A stretch of DNA of 53,573 nt from an uncultured Verrucomicrobiota bacterium (GCA_937859745.1 CALMAQ010000348.1:1-53573); one strand, 5' to 3'; counted from the first letter of the stretch, positions 1 to 9,019 are shown. Made by a program: numbers and translations. Notes: generated from the sequence alone by a model not told the origin.

Positions 1-49
1 GATCGGTGACGTTGGGGGTTGGGATGCACGGGGTTTCGATGGTATTCAT
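1..49 (-). CDS. Possible 5' end of an unknown gene continuing off the window (MNTIETPCIPTPNVTD...)
   Basis: ATG at 49-47 on the minus strand, open to the window edge, same orientation as the upstream operon. Too short to identify. Confidence 0.3.
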   Translation of the reverse strand, partial: MNTIETPCIPTPNVTD

Positions 50-202
50 GGTTTGGCCGCCGCGCGGCGGCGATTGGTCTGAGTTCTCCTGTGGCTTGTG
101 GTCTGCGAAGGGGTCTCGCGCGGGCGTGATGCCCGACGCGTCCCTTTACTCCTTTTGATCGGAGCAACCGGACCAACCCGGAAAACCAAAGTACGAATTC
201 TT

Positions 203-3200
203 TCAGACCAACTTCACCGTGCCTGTCGGCGCTGCCGGGCAGATGAAAAAATGCGGGCACCGCGGGCATCGCACCGCGTCGATTTCCATAGGGAAATGCC
301 CGTCGAGAATGTTTTTGAGCACCGTTTCGAGCTTCTCACGCCGGTTGGCGAGTTTTTGTGCAGTGATCTGGATCGCACTCGTGGCTTCATCCGTGAGATG
401 GATCGCCTCGACCAAATAAGTCCCTGGGTAATGCTGCTCAGCCGCCAACACGTAAAGCGTGTACTCGATCCGATCGTACTCGCCGCTGCGCTGCTTGCCG
501 GTATGAACATGGCGCAGCACCACCGTGGCATCCTCTAATTCGGCCATCTCGTGAGGTTCGACGAGGATCTCGCCGTTGCGGAATTTTACCGCTAGCGACT
601 GAGTAAGTCTAAATTTCCGATCCGCTCCCCAATTGATCAACGTCGCGATTAGGCGGGACGCCAACGCTCGGTAGTCAGCGGCAAAAGCATGGGTAACTGG
701 TCCACGCTCTTGCCAAATCCGCTCGAATTCACGCTCGGCATCCTCTACGGAAACGTGGGCTTTGAGGCGTGTTCCATACAGCCACCGCATCAATTCATAC
801 AAGGAATCATGCGTGCGCGTAAAAGCCGTCTGCTGGCGTGCACCACCCAGATGCAAAACATGCGTGTAGAAGAAGCGCCTAGGGCATCCGTCGTAAGCTT
901 TGATGCGTCCATCGGTCAACAGCTGGCGCTGGTTCCAGTCCACCGTGATGAACGCCCGATCTCCTTGGCCTGAGGGTGCGGGGATACATGGCGGTAAGAG
1001 ATTTTCTGACAATGCTTGTGGCGGGAGCCATTTTAAAAAACTCGAAGGCGAGCGATTTCGCCCGTCCGATGTCTTGTTCGTTCGATATAGCCGCACGTGC
1101 CGTCGTGCCCTGGAGATCGCCACGAAAAACAAACATTCTTCTTCCACCGCGTGGGCGCGTTTTGCCTCGTCGCGTGGCAGCAATCCCTCCGTGTCGTCGA
1201 TCATGCCGTTTGGGGGCAGACACGGACGGTATCGATCGGAGGTCGGAAAACTTGATGTTGCCATTCCCGGCACGTGAACGGCATCGAATTCGAGTCCCTT
1301 GCTGCCGTGCACGGTCATCAGCCGAACCGCGTCCATGTGCAGGGCGGCAGCGGGCACTTGACGCAGATCGCGCTCCTCCGCGAGCAACACCATCTGTCGC
1401 ACCCTTTCGAGGGTTCGGTGAATCGGCGAACCCGAGCCTGCCACCGGCTGCTCTCTGACGAAGTTCAGAAACTGCCAGATGGCAATGCCCTTCATCCGAT
1501 CAGAGATTTGCTCGGAGCGCGCCAGGTCGGCAAAGGCATGCGTGTGATCGAGCAGGTAGGTCAGCAGGAATTCCCACGCAGTCGCGTGCGCCGATACCGT
1601 ACGGAGGTCAGCGGCCAACTGTCCTAAGGCCGCAACCGCTTTGGCGGAAAGATTGGGGGTGGACGCAAGCGAAGTGAGCTGCGTGGCAGCGGGATCTTTA
1701 GAATGGTGCAGTCGGTCGGCGAGCAGATACACGTCCTGCAAGCTGAAGTCGTACCGGGGCCAAGCTGCCAGCCGAACCAGCCCTTCGCCGAAGGGACTTA
1801 CGCTGAGGCTTAAAAGCGAGAGAAGATCACGAACTTCCTCCCGCTCAAAAAGGCTGCCGAGGTGCAAAACAGGAACGCCTCGTGCCTCCAGGGCCGATGC
1901 GATCTGATTGAGCCGGCCATTCGAGCGACAGAGGACGGCTTGGTCGCGCAACTTGATGCCATCCCCTTCCAGTTCGCGTATCGCGGCGGCGACACCCGCC
2001 GCCTCGTCGTCAAGGGAGTTGAATACTCTCGTCTCCATTCGACTCTCCGGCTTCTTCTCGTATGCCGTTAACTCCAAAGGAAAACTCGGATCGGACGCTC
2101 CCATGTGCGTAGCGAACTCGACAAAACTGTTTACGATAAGTTCCGAGGAACGATAGTTGACCGAGAGTTGCCCGCGTTGAGCACCGGGATAATCGGCGGG
2201 AAACTTCCGCATGTTGTGGGACGATGCGCCCCGGAATCGGTAGATGGATTGCCTTGCGTCGCCAACAACCCACAAATGGTCGCCCTGACCAGCGATGCTC
2301 CGCAGCAGTCTCGCGCTGGCGCGATTCACGTCTTGATATTCATCAACCAGCACGTGCCGGTGGCGAGCCCGAATGGTTTGGCAGACGCTTGCGTCCGTTT
2401 CGAGCAGAAGGGTCGGCCGCATGATCAGATCGCCGAAATCGACCGCTTCCCGTTCGCGCAGCGCGTGTTCGTACAGCGCGTACACGTGTGCGACTTCCAA
2501 ACATTTCTCGGCCGCCTCACGAGCATCCGCATCGCTGCCGGCTTCGGCCAGCATGGTTTGGGAAAGGATTTGGTAGCGATGATGATCTACCAGTTCATCC
2601 TTGGCGCGGGAAATCGCGCCGACGATATCACGTAAAACAATTGTGGGGTCCCACAGATTGCGGTAGTGAACGAGCGGCAGGGTCGGCAGGATTTCTTCCA
2701 GCACGCTGATAGCATCACTGCGATCAAAAAGGACGGGATTCGCCGGTAATCCAAGGCGATCATGGTAGCGCCGTACCAGATCGAGACCGAAAGCGTGAAA
2801 AGTGCCGATCCACAGCTTTTCGACGGAAGTTTGAGCAGCTCTCGAAAGCCGCTCAGAAATTTCCCCGGCGGCGCGGTTCGAAAACGTCAGCACCACGATT
2901 GTTGAAGGATCAACCCCTTGGCCGATAAGGAATTCTACCCGTTTGACTAACGTGCGAGTTTTTCCTGTCCCCGGACCTGCTTGAAGTTGAAAGGCTGATC
3001 CGAGATGGATGGAGGCGCGATCCTGTGAGGAGTCTGGCGCAAGAATGCCTGCGGGGATCGCCGCCGCCTCGTCGTTCTCCAGGGTGGGCAATTCCGGGAG
3101 CAACAGCGCATCGAGCAGTTGTTGGCGAACAACGTCTTTGGATAAACCCGTGCGCTCGGCGATACCGGAAGCGGACATCGCTTGATCGAGGTACAGAAAC

Positions 3201-3640
3201 CGCGCCCACGGCCGTGGTAACAGGAACTCGCGGGCGAACACGTTCGCTTGCAGTTCCTGGCGCTCGCGCACTCCGTAATCCTCGACCCGTTGCAAACCAA
3301 CAGGCGCGGCTTCGGTGGAACGGGAAACATCGATGTCCTCCGAGACGCAATCACAGGTCGCGCCGTGGAATTTCGCGTGACCAATTTCGTGCGCGGCCAG
3401 CATCGCGCGTTGCGCGTCGCTGCCAACATCCTCACAACAGATTAGCCCACTCTGGTCGTCGTATGAAGCACGTGCGCCCTTCAGCGCCGGGTCCGTTGGT
3501 GGCAACCAAGCGATTTCAAGGCCGAGTTTGCTGACGGCAGCTTCGATCAAGGCGCTCGGACGCCAAGGATCGATCCCATCGGCAACAAGTTCACCATGCA
3601 GCCGAGCGGCGATGTCACGTATCGGCTGGAAGGCGTCCAT
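203..3640 (-). CDS. Fusion of ImmA/IrrE-like metallopeptidase, UvrD/Rep SF1 helicase and C-terminal PD-(D/E)XK-like (AddB/Cas4-like 4-Cys) domain
   Basis: N-terminal AAHEIGH (HEXXH) followed by ELQANVFAREFLLP. Helicase motifs AGPGTGKT, GTFHAF, LVDEYQD, VGDARQSIYRFRGA, NYRS, MTVHGSKGLEF and FVAISRAR. C-terminal CPRRF...CPRCPHFFIC. Confidence 0.9.
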   Translation of the reverse strand: MDAFQPIRDIAARLHGELVADGIDPWRPSALIEAAVSKLGLEIAWLPPTDPALKGARASYDDQSGLICCEDVGSDAQRAMLAAHEIGHAKFHGATCDCVSEDIDVSRSTEAAPVGLQRVEDYGVRERQELQANVFAREFLLPRPWARFLYLDQAMSASGIAERTGLSKDVVRQQLLDALLLPELPTLENDEAAAIPAGILAPDSSQDRASIHLGSAFQLQAGPGTGKTRTLVKRVEFLIGQGVDPSTIVVLTFSNRAAGEISERLSRAAQTSVEKLWIGTFHAFGLDLVRRYHDRLGLPANPVLFDRSDAISVLEEILPTLPLVHYRNLWDPTIVLRDIVGAISRAKDELVDHHRYQILSQTMLAEAGSDADAREAAEKCLEVAHVYALYEHALREREAVDFGDLIMRPTLLLETDASVCQTIRARHRHVLVDEYQDVNRASARLLRSIAGQGDHLWVVGDARQSIYRFRGASSHNMRKFPADYPGAQRGQLSVNYRSSELIVNSFVEFATHMGASDPSFPLELTAYEKKPESRMETRVFNSLDDEAAGVAAAIRELEGDGIKLRDQAVLCRSNGRLNQIASALEARGVPVLHLGSLFEREEVRDLLSLLSLSVSPFGEGLVRLAAWPRYDFSLQDVYLLADRLHHSKDPAATQLTSLASTPNLSAKAVAALGQLAADLRTVSAHATAWEFLLTYLLDHTHAFADLARSEQISDRMKGIAIWQFLNFVREQPVAGSGSPIHRTLERVRQMVLLAEERDLRQVPAAALHMDAVRLMTVHGSKGLEFDAVHVPGMATSSFPTSDRYRPCLPPNGMIDDTEGLLPRDEAKRAHAVEEECLFFVAISRARRHVRLYRTNKTSDGRNRSPSSFLKWLPPQALSENLLPPCIPAPSGQGDRAFITVDWNQRQLLTDGRIKAYDGCPRRFFYTHVLHLGGARQQTAFTRTHDSLYELMRWLYGTRLKAHVSVEDAEREFERIWQERGPVTHAFAADYRALASRLIATLINWGADRKFRLTQSLAVKFRNGEILVEPHEMAELEDATVVLRHVHTGKQRSGEYDRIEYTLYVLAAEQHYPGTYLVEAIHLTDEATSAIQITAQKLANRREKLETVLKNILDGHFPMEIDAVRCPRCPHFFICPAAPTGTVKLV

Positions 3641-3650
3641 GGAACGGTCG

Positions 3651-4310
3651 TCATAGGCCGAGCAGATGTTCTTGCTGCTCCTTGGTCAGATTTGATGCGC
3701 GGACCGCATCGGCGAACGACTGTTTACCGGCCGCTTCCGGTTTCTGCTCGGCTTTGTAGTTTGCGCGAAGCGGGACTTGGGCGACTGCGGCAAAATGTGC
3801 TTTGAGGGTCTCTGGGGCGGTTTGCAAAAGGTCTGCAACATGCCTGATGAAACCCTCGCTGATTGTCTGTGCGTCGATCAATCTATCGCGCAGTCTTGTC
3901 ACGAATAGCGTACTCGCATTAAGTTGGGATCGAAAGACTTGCAATGCTTTTCTGTCGAGGTGCGCGAATGGATTTATGGCTGGAATGGCAGAACTTTCAG
4001 AGTGGGTTTGCGCCTCCATTTCTGCGCGCCTCGCGCGCAGCTGTTCGTCGAAACGAAGCAGAGCACTGGAAACCGAATGGCTTGTCTCCTGAGCTGACGG
4101 CCAACGTGCGTCGATTTCCGATGGAATGGCAGGTTCGGCGGCGTCGAGCGCTGTATGCACCGCGAACTCTCTAAGCGCAGCGGCGTGTTGTGGATAGCGC
4201 TCTAAAAAATCGTTTAGCAACGCCGCGTCAGGCTTCTCTTTGGCGAGAGAGAACTCGTGCAAAATTTCCTGGAGGGCGAGCTGCTGCCGTTGCACAGGTC
4301 TTGGCTTCAT
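3651..4310 (-). CDS. Hypothetical protein, middle gene of the sigma-like/helicase operon
   Basis: 219-aa ORF; ATGA overlap with the upstream gene's stop and a 10-bp gap to the helicase. Confidence 0.8.
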   Translation of the reverse strand: MKPRPVQRQQLALQEILHEFSLAKEKPDAALLNDFLERYPQHAAALREFAVHTALDAAEPAIPSEIDARWPSAQETSHSVSSALLRFDEQLRARRAEMEAQTHSESSAIPAINPFAHLDRKALQVFRSQLNASTLFVTRLRDRLIDAQTISEGFIRHVADLLQTAPETLKAHFAAVAQVPLRANYKAEQKPEAAGKQSFADAVRASNLTKEQQEHLLGL

Positions 4311-5101
4311 TTTTTCAACTGTTTGAGGGTGCTCAGCGCACGAGCCAGGCGATTTCTGATCGTGCGGCCCGAAACTCCGCAGATCGACGCCACGGTGCGT
4401 TTTGAGGGGTCTTCTGATTCGATCTCATATCCAAGGCGATAATGAAGGGTGACGGCGTGGCGTTCGTCCGCAGGTAACCTCTTGATCGCGTCGAACACCT
4501 CATCCCGGAAAGCAATTTCGCTCGGCGAGGCATTTTCGAGCCGATCCGATTCCACTAGGTTGGTGAGGGACTCGTCGTCGGAAAACGACTGGGTCTCCAG
4601 TTCCGATCCTTCCTCGGTATCCCCAGCGTAGCTCTGCAAGGGCCGAGTTCGACTGCTCTCGGCACGGACCCGGTCCACATAAAAAGCCGCGAATGCCTTG
4701 TTGAACCTGATCTCGTAGAAATCGAGCTTCGTAGCGTCGGGATTTGCCCAATTTTCTACAAACAGGCTCGCGAAGTCGGACAGGATCTCGGTGCGAAGAA
4801 GCGCGGCGTCGGGAAACGCGTCTTCGGCGACATGACGCTTCAAGGTAAATTCACAACGGTCCAAAAGCATCTTCAGCAGCGCCCGGTATCTGGATTCATC
4901 CTTCTCGCGTAACGCTTCGCGCACGAGATACACCAAACATTCCGACGGGAGATAACCGTCGGCCTTTGGATGTCGGACGGTCGCACGCGCGAGGATCGTC
5001 GCCAGACTTTGAGCTGAAACCACCGAGATAGCAGCTTCCACGTCGGAATCACGGCGGTATTTCTTGCCTTTTTGAGTGCTTTTACGAAGGGGCGTGACCA
5101 T
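4307..5101 (-). CDS. Sigma70-family (ECF-like) factor or region-4 HTH protein
   Basis: C-terminus AIKRLPADERHAVTLHY...VASICGVSGRTIRNRLARALSTLK is typical of sigma70 region 4. Confidence 0.75.
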   Translation of the reverse strand: MVTPLRKSTQKGKKYRRDSDVEAAISVVSAQSLATILARATVRHPKADGYLPSECLVYLVREALREKDESRYRALLKMLLDRCEFTLKRHVAEDAFPDAALLRTEILSDFASLFVENWANPDATKLDFYEIRFNKAFAAFYVDRVRAESSRTRPLQSYAGDTEEGSELETQSFSDDESLTNLVESDRLENASPSEIAFRDEVFDAIKRLPADERHAVTLHYRLGYEIESEDPSKRTVASICGVSGRTIRNRLARALSTLKQLKK

Positions 5102-5246
5102 TTAGGCACTGGTAGATAGGCCGACCAAAATTATTGCATCCGTACTTCTTATATTAAACACCTACTTGGGTGACGATTGTCAAGAAAAGCGCAAACCGAG
5201 AACGATCACCATTTGTCTTACTCCGTCGTTTTAGAACATACCTTTT

Positions 5247-5276
5247 TAAGGTTGATAAAAAGCATTATCTCCCTTA
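5247..5276. promoter_or_regulatory. Putative tyrosine-recombinase core site (imperfect 12-bp arms, 6-bp spacer)
   Basis: TAAGGTTGATAA-AAAGCA-TTATCTCCCTTA, lying 11 bp before the recombinase ATG. Confidence 0.55.
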
Positions 5277-5287
5277 GAAGAGGGGAG

Positions 5288-6268
5288 ATGAACGCGAAAG
5301 ATGGCGAATTGATCGTGGTAGCCGCCGGCGGGCGCGAACTCGCCGACGCAAGCTTTTACCAGCTCAACGACGTGCCGCCCGAGCTGGAATGGTTCGCCAA
5401 CATCGCCAACGCGCACACCCGCCGGGCGTACCGCAACGATGTCGCCGGGTTCATGGCATTCTTCGGGATCAAAGACGCTCGGCAGTTCCGGGAGGTCACG
5501 CGCTCCCACTTACTCGCTTGGCGTAAGCACTTGGAACGGTCCGGCAGCGGCCCCGCGACGATCCGGCGCAAGCTCTCGGCGCTGGCTTCGCTCTTCGATC
5601 ACCTCTGCGAGGTCAACGCGGTGACACACAACCCGGTGCGTGGCGTCAAACGGCCGCGGGCTGAGACCGGCGAAGGCAAAACCCCGGCGATTGCCGATGG
5701 ACAGGCGCGTAAGCTCCTCGACGCACCGCCTGAAGGCACGCTGAAGGGCAAACGCGACCGCGCGATTTTGGCGGTGCTTTTTTTCCACGGTCTGCGGCGC
5801 GAGGAACTGTGCAAGCTGCGTGTCAAAGACGTGGAACAACGCCAGGGCGTGGCGCACCTGCGCGTCCACGGCAAGGGCGGCAAGATTCGCTTTGTGCCAG
5901 CGCACCCGGCGGCGCTGGCGCGGATTTCGGATTACCTGCAAGCCTGCGGTCACGGCGACGATGCCGCCGGGGCGTTGTTCCGGCCCGTGAAAAACCCGCG
6001 CGAGCGGGGAAAGCTCGACCGGGCGCTTACCCCCGGCAAGGTCGATGAGTGCGTGGTGCGGTATTATTCCCGGCGGCTGGGGATCAATGCGGCTGGCTTC
6101 GGCCCCCATGTGGCCCGGGCGACGGCGGCCACGCACGCCCTGGATCGAGGCGCAGACATCGCCAAGGTGCAGGAATGGCTGGGACACGCCAGCATCGCCA
6201 CTACCCGCATCTATGATCGTCGGCGGTCACGTCCGGACGAAAGTCCGACTTTTCGGATGAACTACTGA
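5288..6268 (+). CDS. Tyrosine recombinase/integrase (resolvase-type)
   Basis: RDRAILAVLFFHGLRREE (R), GKGGK, HVARAT (HxxR), LGHASIATTRIYD (H, Y). Start placed at ATG 5288 after a purine-rich RBS. Confidence 0.92.
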   Translation: MNAKDGELIVVAAGGRELADASFYQLNDVPPELEWFANIANAHTRRAYRNDVAGFMAFFGIKDARQFREVTRSHLLAWRKHLERSGSGPATIRRKLSALASLFDHLCEVNAVTHNPVRGVKRPRAETGEGKTPAIADGQARKLLDAPPEGTLKGKRDRAILAVLFFHGLRREELCKLRVKDVEQRQGVAHLRVHGKGGKIRFVPAHPAALARISDYLQACGHGDDAAGALFRPVKNPRERGKLDRALTPGKVDECVVRYYSRRLGINAAGFGPHVARATAATHALDRGADIAKVQEWLGHASIATTRIYDRRRSRPDESPTFRMNY

Positions 6269-6303
6269 GCACGACGGGCCTCCCTTCCGCGGGGAGACTT
6301 TCT

Positions 6304-6585
6304 TTACATCCACAAGGGTTCCAAGGCTGGATCGTCCAGCAAAGCCAGCCGCCGCTCGGGGGCGATCCTGGCGAGCCGGTGGATGGCCACCTTCGCCTCG
6401 GGCAACCTGCCGAGCGCCACGAACGCTCGCGCGCGTTGGTGCAAAACGGCGGGATCATGTTGGCAGGCCGGTTCCACGGTCGTCAGTTCTTCCAAGGCGG
6501 CCTGCGCCGCGCCGAGAGCGAGCCAGCCCTCGGCGGCTTGGACGGCGCGCTGCACTCGAAAGTCACGTTGGCTTAATCGTTCCAT
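6304..6585 (-). CDS. Short TPR-like protein
   Basis: Helical repeat pattern AAEGWLALG...ALEEL...RARAFVALGRLPEAK...ALLDDPALEPLW; I recall similar short TPR proteins being common in Verrucomicrobia. Confidence 0.6.
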   Translation of the reverse strand: MERLSQRDFRVQRAVQAAEGWLALGAAQAALEELTTVEPACQHDPAVLHQRARAFVALGRLPEAKVAIHRLARIAPERRLALLDDPALEPLWM

Positions 6586-6634
6586 TCTGTTGTGAGACGA
6601 GTGCCGAGGTCAGTCCGCCGTTCGTGCGCTTGGA

Positions 6635-7006
6635 TTATGCGGAAGGTCCGCCCGACTTCTTTGGTGGCCGCAGATGGCTCTGCGGAGCGCGGGGGACGAT
6701 CCGCGTCGTCCGCTTTCCTCGAAGCGAGGTGGTTGCCGTCGTCTCGGCGTGGATTTGCCTCTTGAGTTCCGCGACTTCGTTCTCGGCGAGCGTCGTCAGC
6801 CGGACGTTGCGCTTGGCCCGCTCGTTGGCGATGGCGGCGGCCAGGGTGTGGAGATCCCAATTCACGACGGCTTTGGCTGCATCTCCGATGGTCCAGCCGC
6901 AGGCCATCAGGACCTCGCCCATCCGCAGCCCGTTTGACCGGTGCTCGCGGACGATGGCTTCGTAAAGTTCCGGCGGGTGCGAGAATTCTGGAAGAGGTAA
7001 ACACAT
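6635..7006 (-). CDS. Hypothetical protein
   Basis: 123-aa ORF with protein-like composition, collinear with its neighbours. Confidence 0.5.
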   Translation of the reverse strand: MCLPLPEFSHPPELYEAIVREHRSNGLRMGEVLMACGWTIGDAAKAVVNWDLHTLAAAIANERAKRNVRLTTLAENEVAELKRQIHAETTATTSLRGKRTTRIVPRAPQSHLRPPKKSGGPSA

Positions 7007-7086
7007 CGCGATCGGGCGTTGGAAAAAAGCGGTGGGCGGCAGCAGGCGAAACCTTGATTCTCACGCCGTCCACGAGATCATCCGGG

Positions 7087-7449
7087 TCATGCCGGTAGGA
7101 TGAGCGTCCTGCCGGTCGCGTCCTCGCTCTCCCCGTCGTCCCCGGCCGCGCCGGGCGGCGCTTCCTCTTCGCCGTCCAAGGCAAACTCAAACATCTTTAC
7201 GACCACGGCGGGCGTTAGCCAGGCGGGGGGCGGGGGCGGCAGTTTCCAGTGCAGCAACGGATACACGGTGGACAGGCCGAGTCGTTCGCGCTCCACGGCG
7301 ATGCGGTTGGCCGGAAAATGCCACGGCATCCGGCTCAAAAGGGCCACGTCGTCGGCAGGCACTTCTAGAGCAAACAAGATTTCTGTCATGCACGGGACGC
7401 TCTGGTCGTGCTCGTGGTAAATGCTCTCCAAGATCGTTGGCGGATACAT
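7087..7449 (-). CDS. Hypothetical protein
   Basis: 120-aa ORF with Pro-rich and acidic segments, divergent from the XRE gene. Confidence 0.5.
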   Translation of the reverse strand: MYPPTILESIYHEHDQSVPCMTEILFALEVPADDVALLSRMPWHFPANRIAVERERLGLSTVYPLLHWKLPPPPPAWLTPAVVVKMFEFALDGEEEAPPGAAGDDGESEDATGRTLILPA

Positions 7450-7478
7450 GGTGTTGGGTTCAAAGGCGCACCGCTTTA

Positions 7479-7515
7479 ATAACCAGATATAGCATAACCA
7501 GATAAAGCATAAAGC
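7479..7515. repeat. Tandem 15-bp direct repeats in a divergent promoter region
   Basis: ATAACCAGATATAGC, ATAACCAGATAAAGC, then partial ATAAAGC. Confidence 0.6.
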
Positions 7516-7526
7516 TGGCCGCTTTT

Positions 7527-7763
7527 ATGCGTGGCAGCGTTGCGTCCCTTCATTCGGCTCCTTACAAACGGTTTCTGCGGGAAATCAAGGCGATGCGCAT
7601 GGAGGCGCGGCTGACTCAGGAACAGCTTGCCAAGAAGCTGCGGCAATCGCAAACCTACGTCTCCAAGAGCGAGAGCGGCGAGCGGCGGCTCGATCTGGTC
7701 GAATGGCTGGCCTTCTGTAAAGCGTGCCGTCAGGACCCGAAAGAATTTCTCGACCGGCTTTGA
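7527..7763 (+). CDS. XRE-family HTH regulator
   Basis: RMEARLTQEQLAKKLRQSQTYVSKSESGERRLDLVE. Confidence 0.88.
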   Translation: MRGSVASLHSAPYKRFLREIKAMRMEARLTQEQLAKKLRQSQTYVSKSESGERRLDLVEWLAFCKACRQDPKEFLDRL

Positions 7764-7905
7764 ACGCTTTGTCACTCCGAACCGCCGCCGTGCATCGTGA
7801 TTGCGAGATAAACGCATGCCATGTGCCCGGGATTGACGCCAAGGCGAATGTCCCAGAACTAGGACCCAGCAGCAAGCCTTTTGGGACGACGATCCGGTCC
7901 CAGAA

Positions 7906-8202
7906 ATGGCACATCGCTCCACTGGGTCGGCTCCTCTTCGCAACGTGCTTGCCAGCCGTATCCGGCGGGCGCGTGAGAAGTTGGGATGGTCGCAGTCCGA
8001 TCTGGCGCGCGAGCTGCAACTGGTGGGCTGGGACGCCGGGCGCACGCTGATTACGAAGATCGAACTGCGCGAGCGGTGCGTGACGGATTACGAACTGATC
8101 GTGCTGGCGCGGGTGCTTTCGGTTGGCCTGGATGACCTGACGCGCGGTGCCTACAAGGAAGCCCTGCGCCTGGCGCAGCCCGGCGGCGGGTCCACGCCGT
8201 AG
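7906..8202 (+). CDS. XRE-family HTH regulator
   Basis: RIRRAREKLGWSQSDLARELQLVGWDAGRTLITKIELRERCVTDYELIVLARVL. Confidence 0.85.
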   Translation: MAHRSTGSAPLRNVLASRIRRAREKLGWSQSDLARELQLVGWDAGRTLITKIELRERCVTDYELIVLARVLSVGLDDLTRGAYKEALRLAQPGGGSTP

Positions 8203-8215
8203 CGGCTTGGCCTTT

Positions 8216-8515
8216 CTAGTGAAAATCACGAGAGGAAAGTTTCGTGGACAGCAGACAGGCGGGCCGCTCGATCCGCGTGGCGCGCACCAGCAGCGGACCC
8301 TGACCGGTTTGCGCGATATCGGTGGTCTGGAGGAATTTCTCTTGGGTGGCCGTTAGACGTACCCGCTCGAAGAGGTCGGGCGGCACCACCGCGTTCGCCA
8401 CGCCGGACCCATCTTCGAGCGAGATGAACACGAGTTCTTTGGCCGTGCCGGGGCGCTGCCGACAGATGACCACCCTGGCAACCGTGATCTCCTCGCCGTG
8501 GACGGCGTTGCTGAC
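8216..8515 (-). pseudogene. dnaE2: C-terminal OB-fold remnant of error-prone DNA polymerase DnaE2
   Basis: HGEEITVARVVICRQRPGTAKELVFISLEDGSGVANAVV and a terminal SRDFH are characteristic of the DnaE2 C-terminus; the rest of the gene is absent. Confidence 0.75.
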
Positions 8516-9019
8516 TTATCGCTTCGTCTTCCCGACGCCGGACACCGCCGCGACCTGTTTCATCCAATCCGCGATCTGGCGTTCGTCGAGGTCGTCCAAG
8601 GTGGCAATCTCCACGCCCCGCGTCGCTTTGCCCATTGCCACCGGCGTCACCGGCGGGACCGGCTTGAGTGCCGCACCTCCGATGAACATAAGTTTGATGA
8701 GGCCAGCAAAGTCGCCGCAACAAAAGCACCAGCCGTCGCCGACGCCGTAGTACGACATGCCCCACTTCACGGAGCGTTGCAGACCAGGCAGCGTCCTGGC
8801 CGCCAAGGCATCGACCCTTTCGGCGATAGCACGCTGCGGCTGCGGCAGGCTGGCGATGTAGGCAAAGACCGGCTTGTCGCCGACCGCCGCCTTCGCGGGG
8901 CTGATCTTGCCGGTCACAGCTCCCAGCAGCGTCGTGGTGGCTTTGGCTGGTACCGCTGTGCGCTTGGCCGTTTTCCGGACGGCGGGTTTGGGAGTTTCTT
9001 CTTTCTTGCGAGCAGGCAT
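8516..9019 (-). CDS. DUF1801-domain protein
   Basis: Lys/Ala-rich N-terminus, then VFAYIASLPQPQRAIAERVDAL...VKWGMSYYG...DERQIADWMKQ. Confidence 0.75.
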   Translation of the reverse strand: MPARKKEETPKPAVRKTAKRTAVPAKATTTLLGAVTGKISPAKAAVGDKPVFAYIASLPQPQRAIAERVDALAARTLPGLQRSVKWGMSYYGVGDGWCFCCGDFAGLIKLMFIGGAALKPVPPVTPVAMGKATRGVEIATLDDLDERQIADWMKQVAAVSGVGKTKR

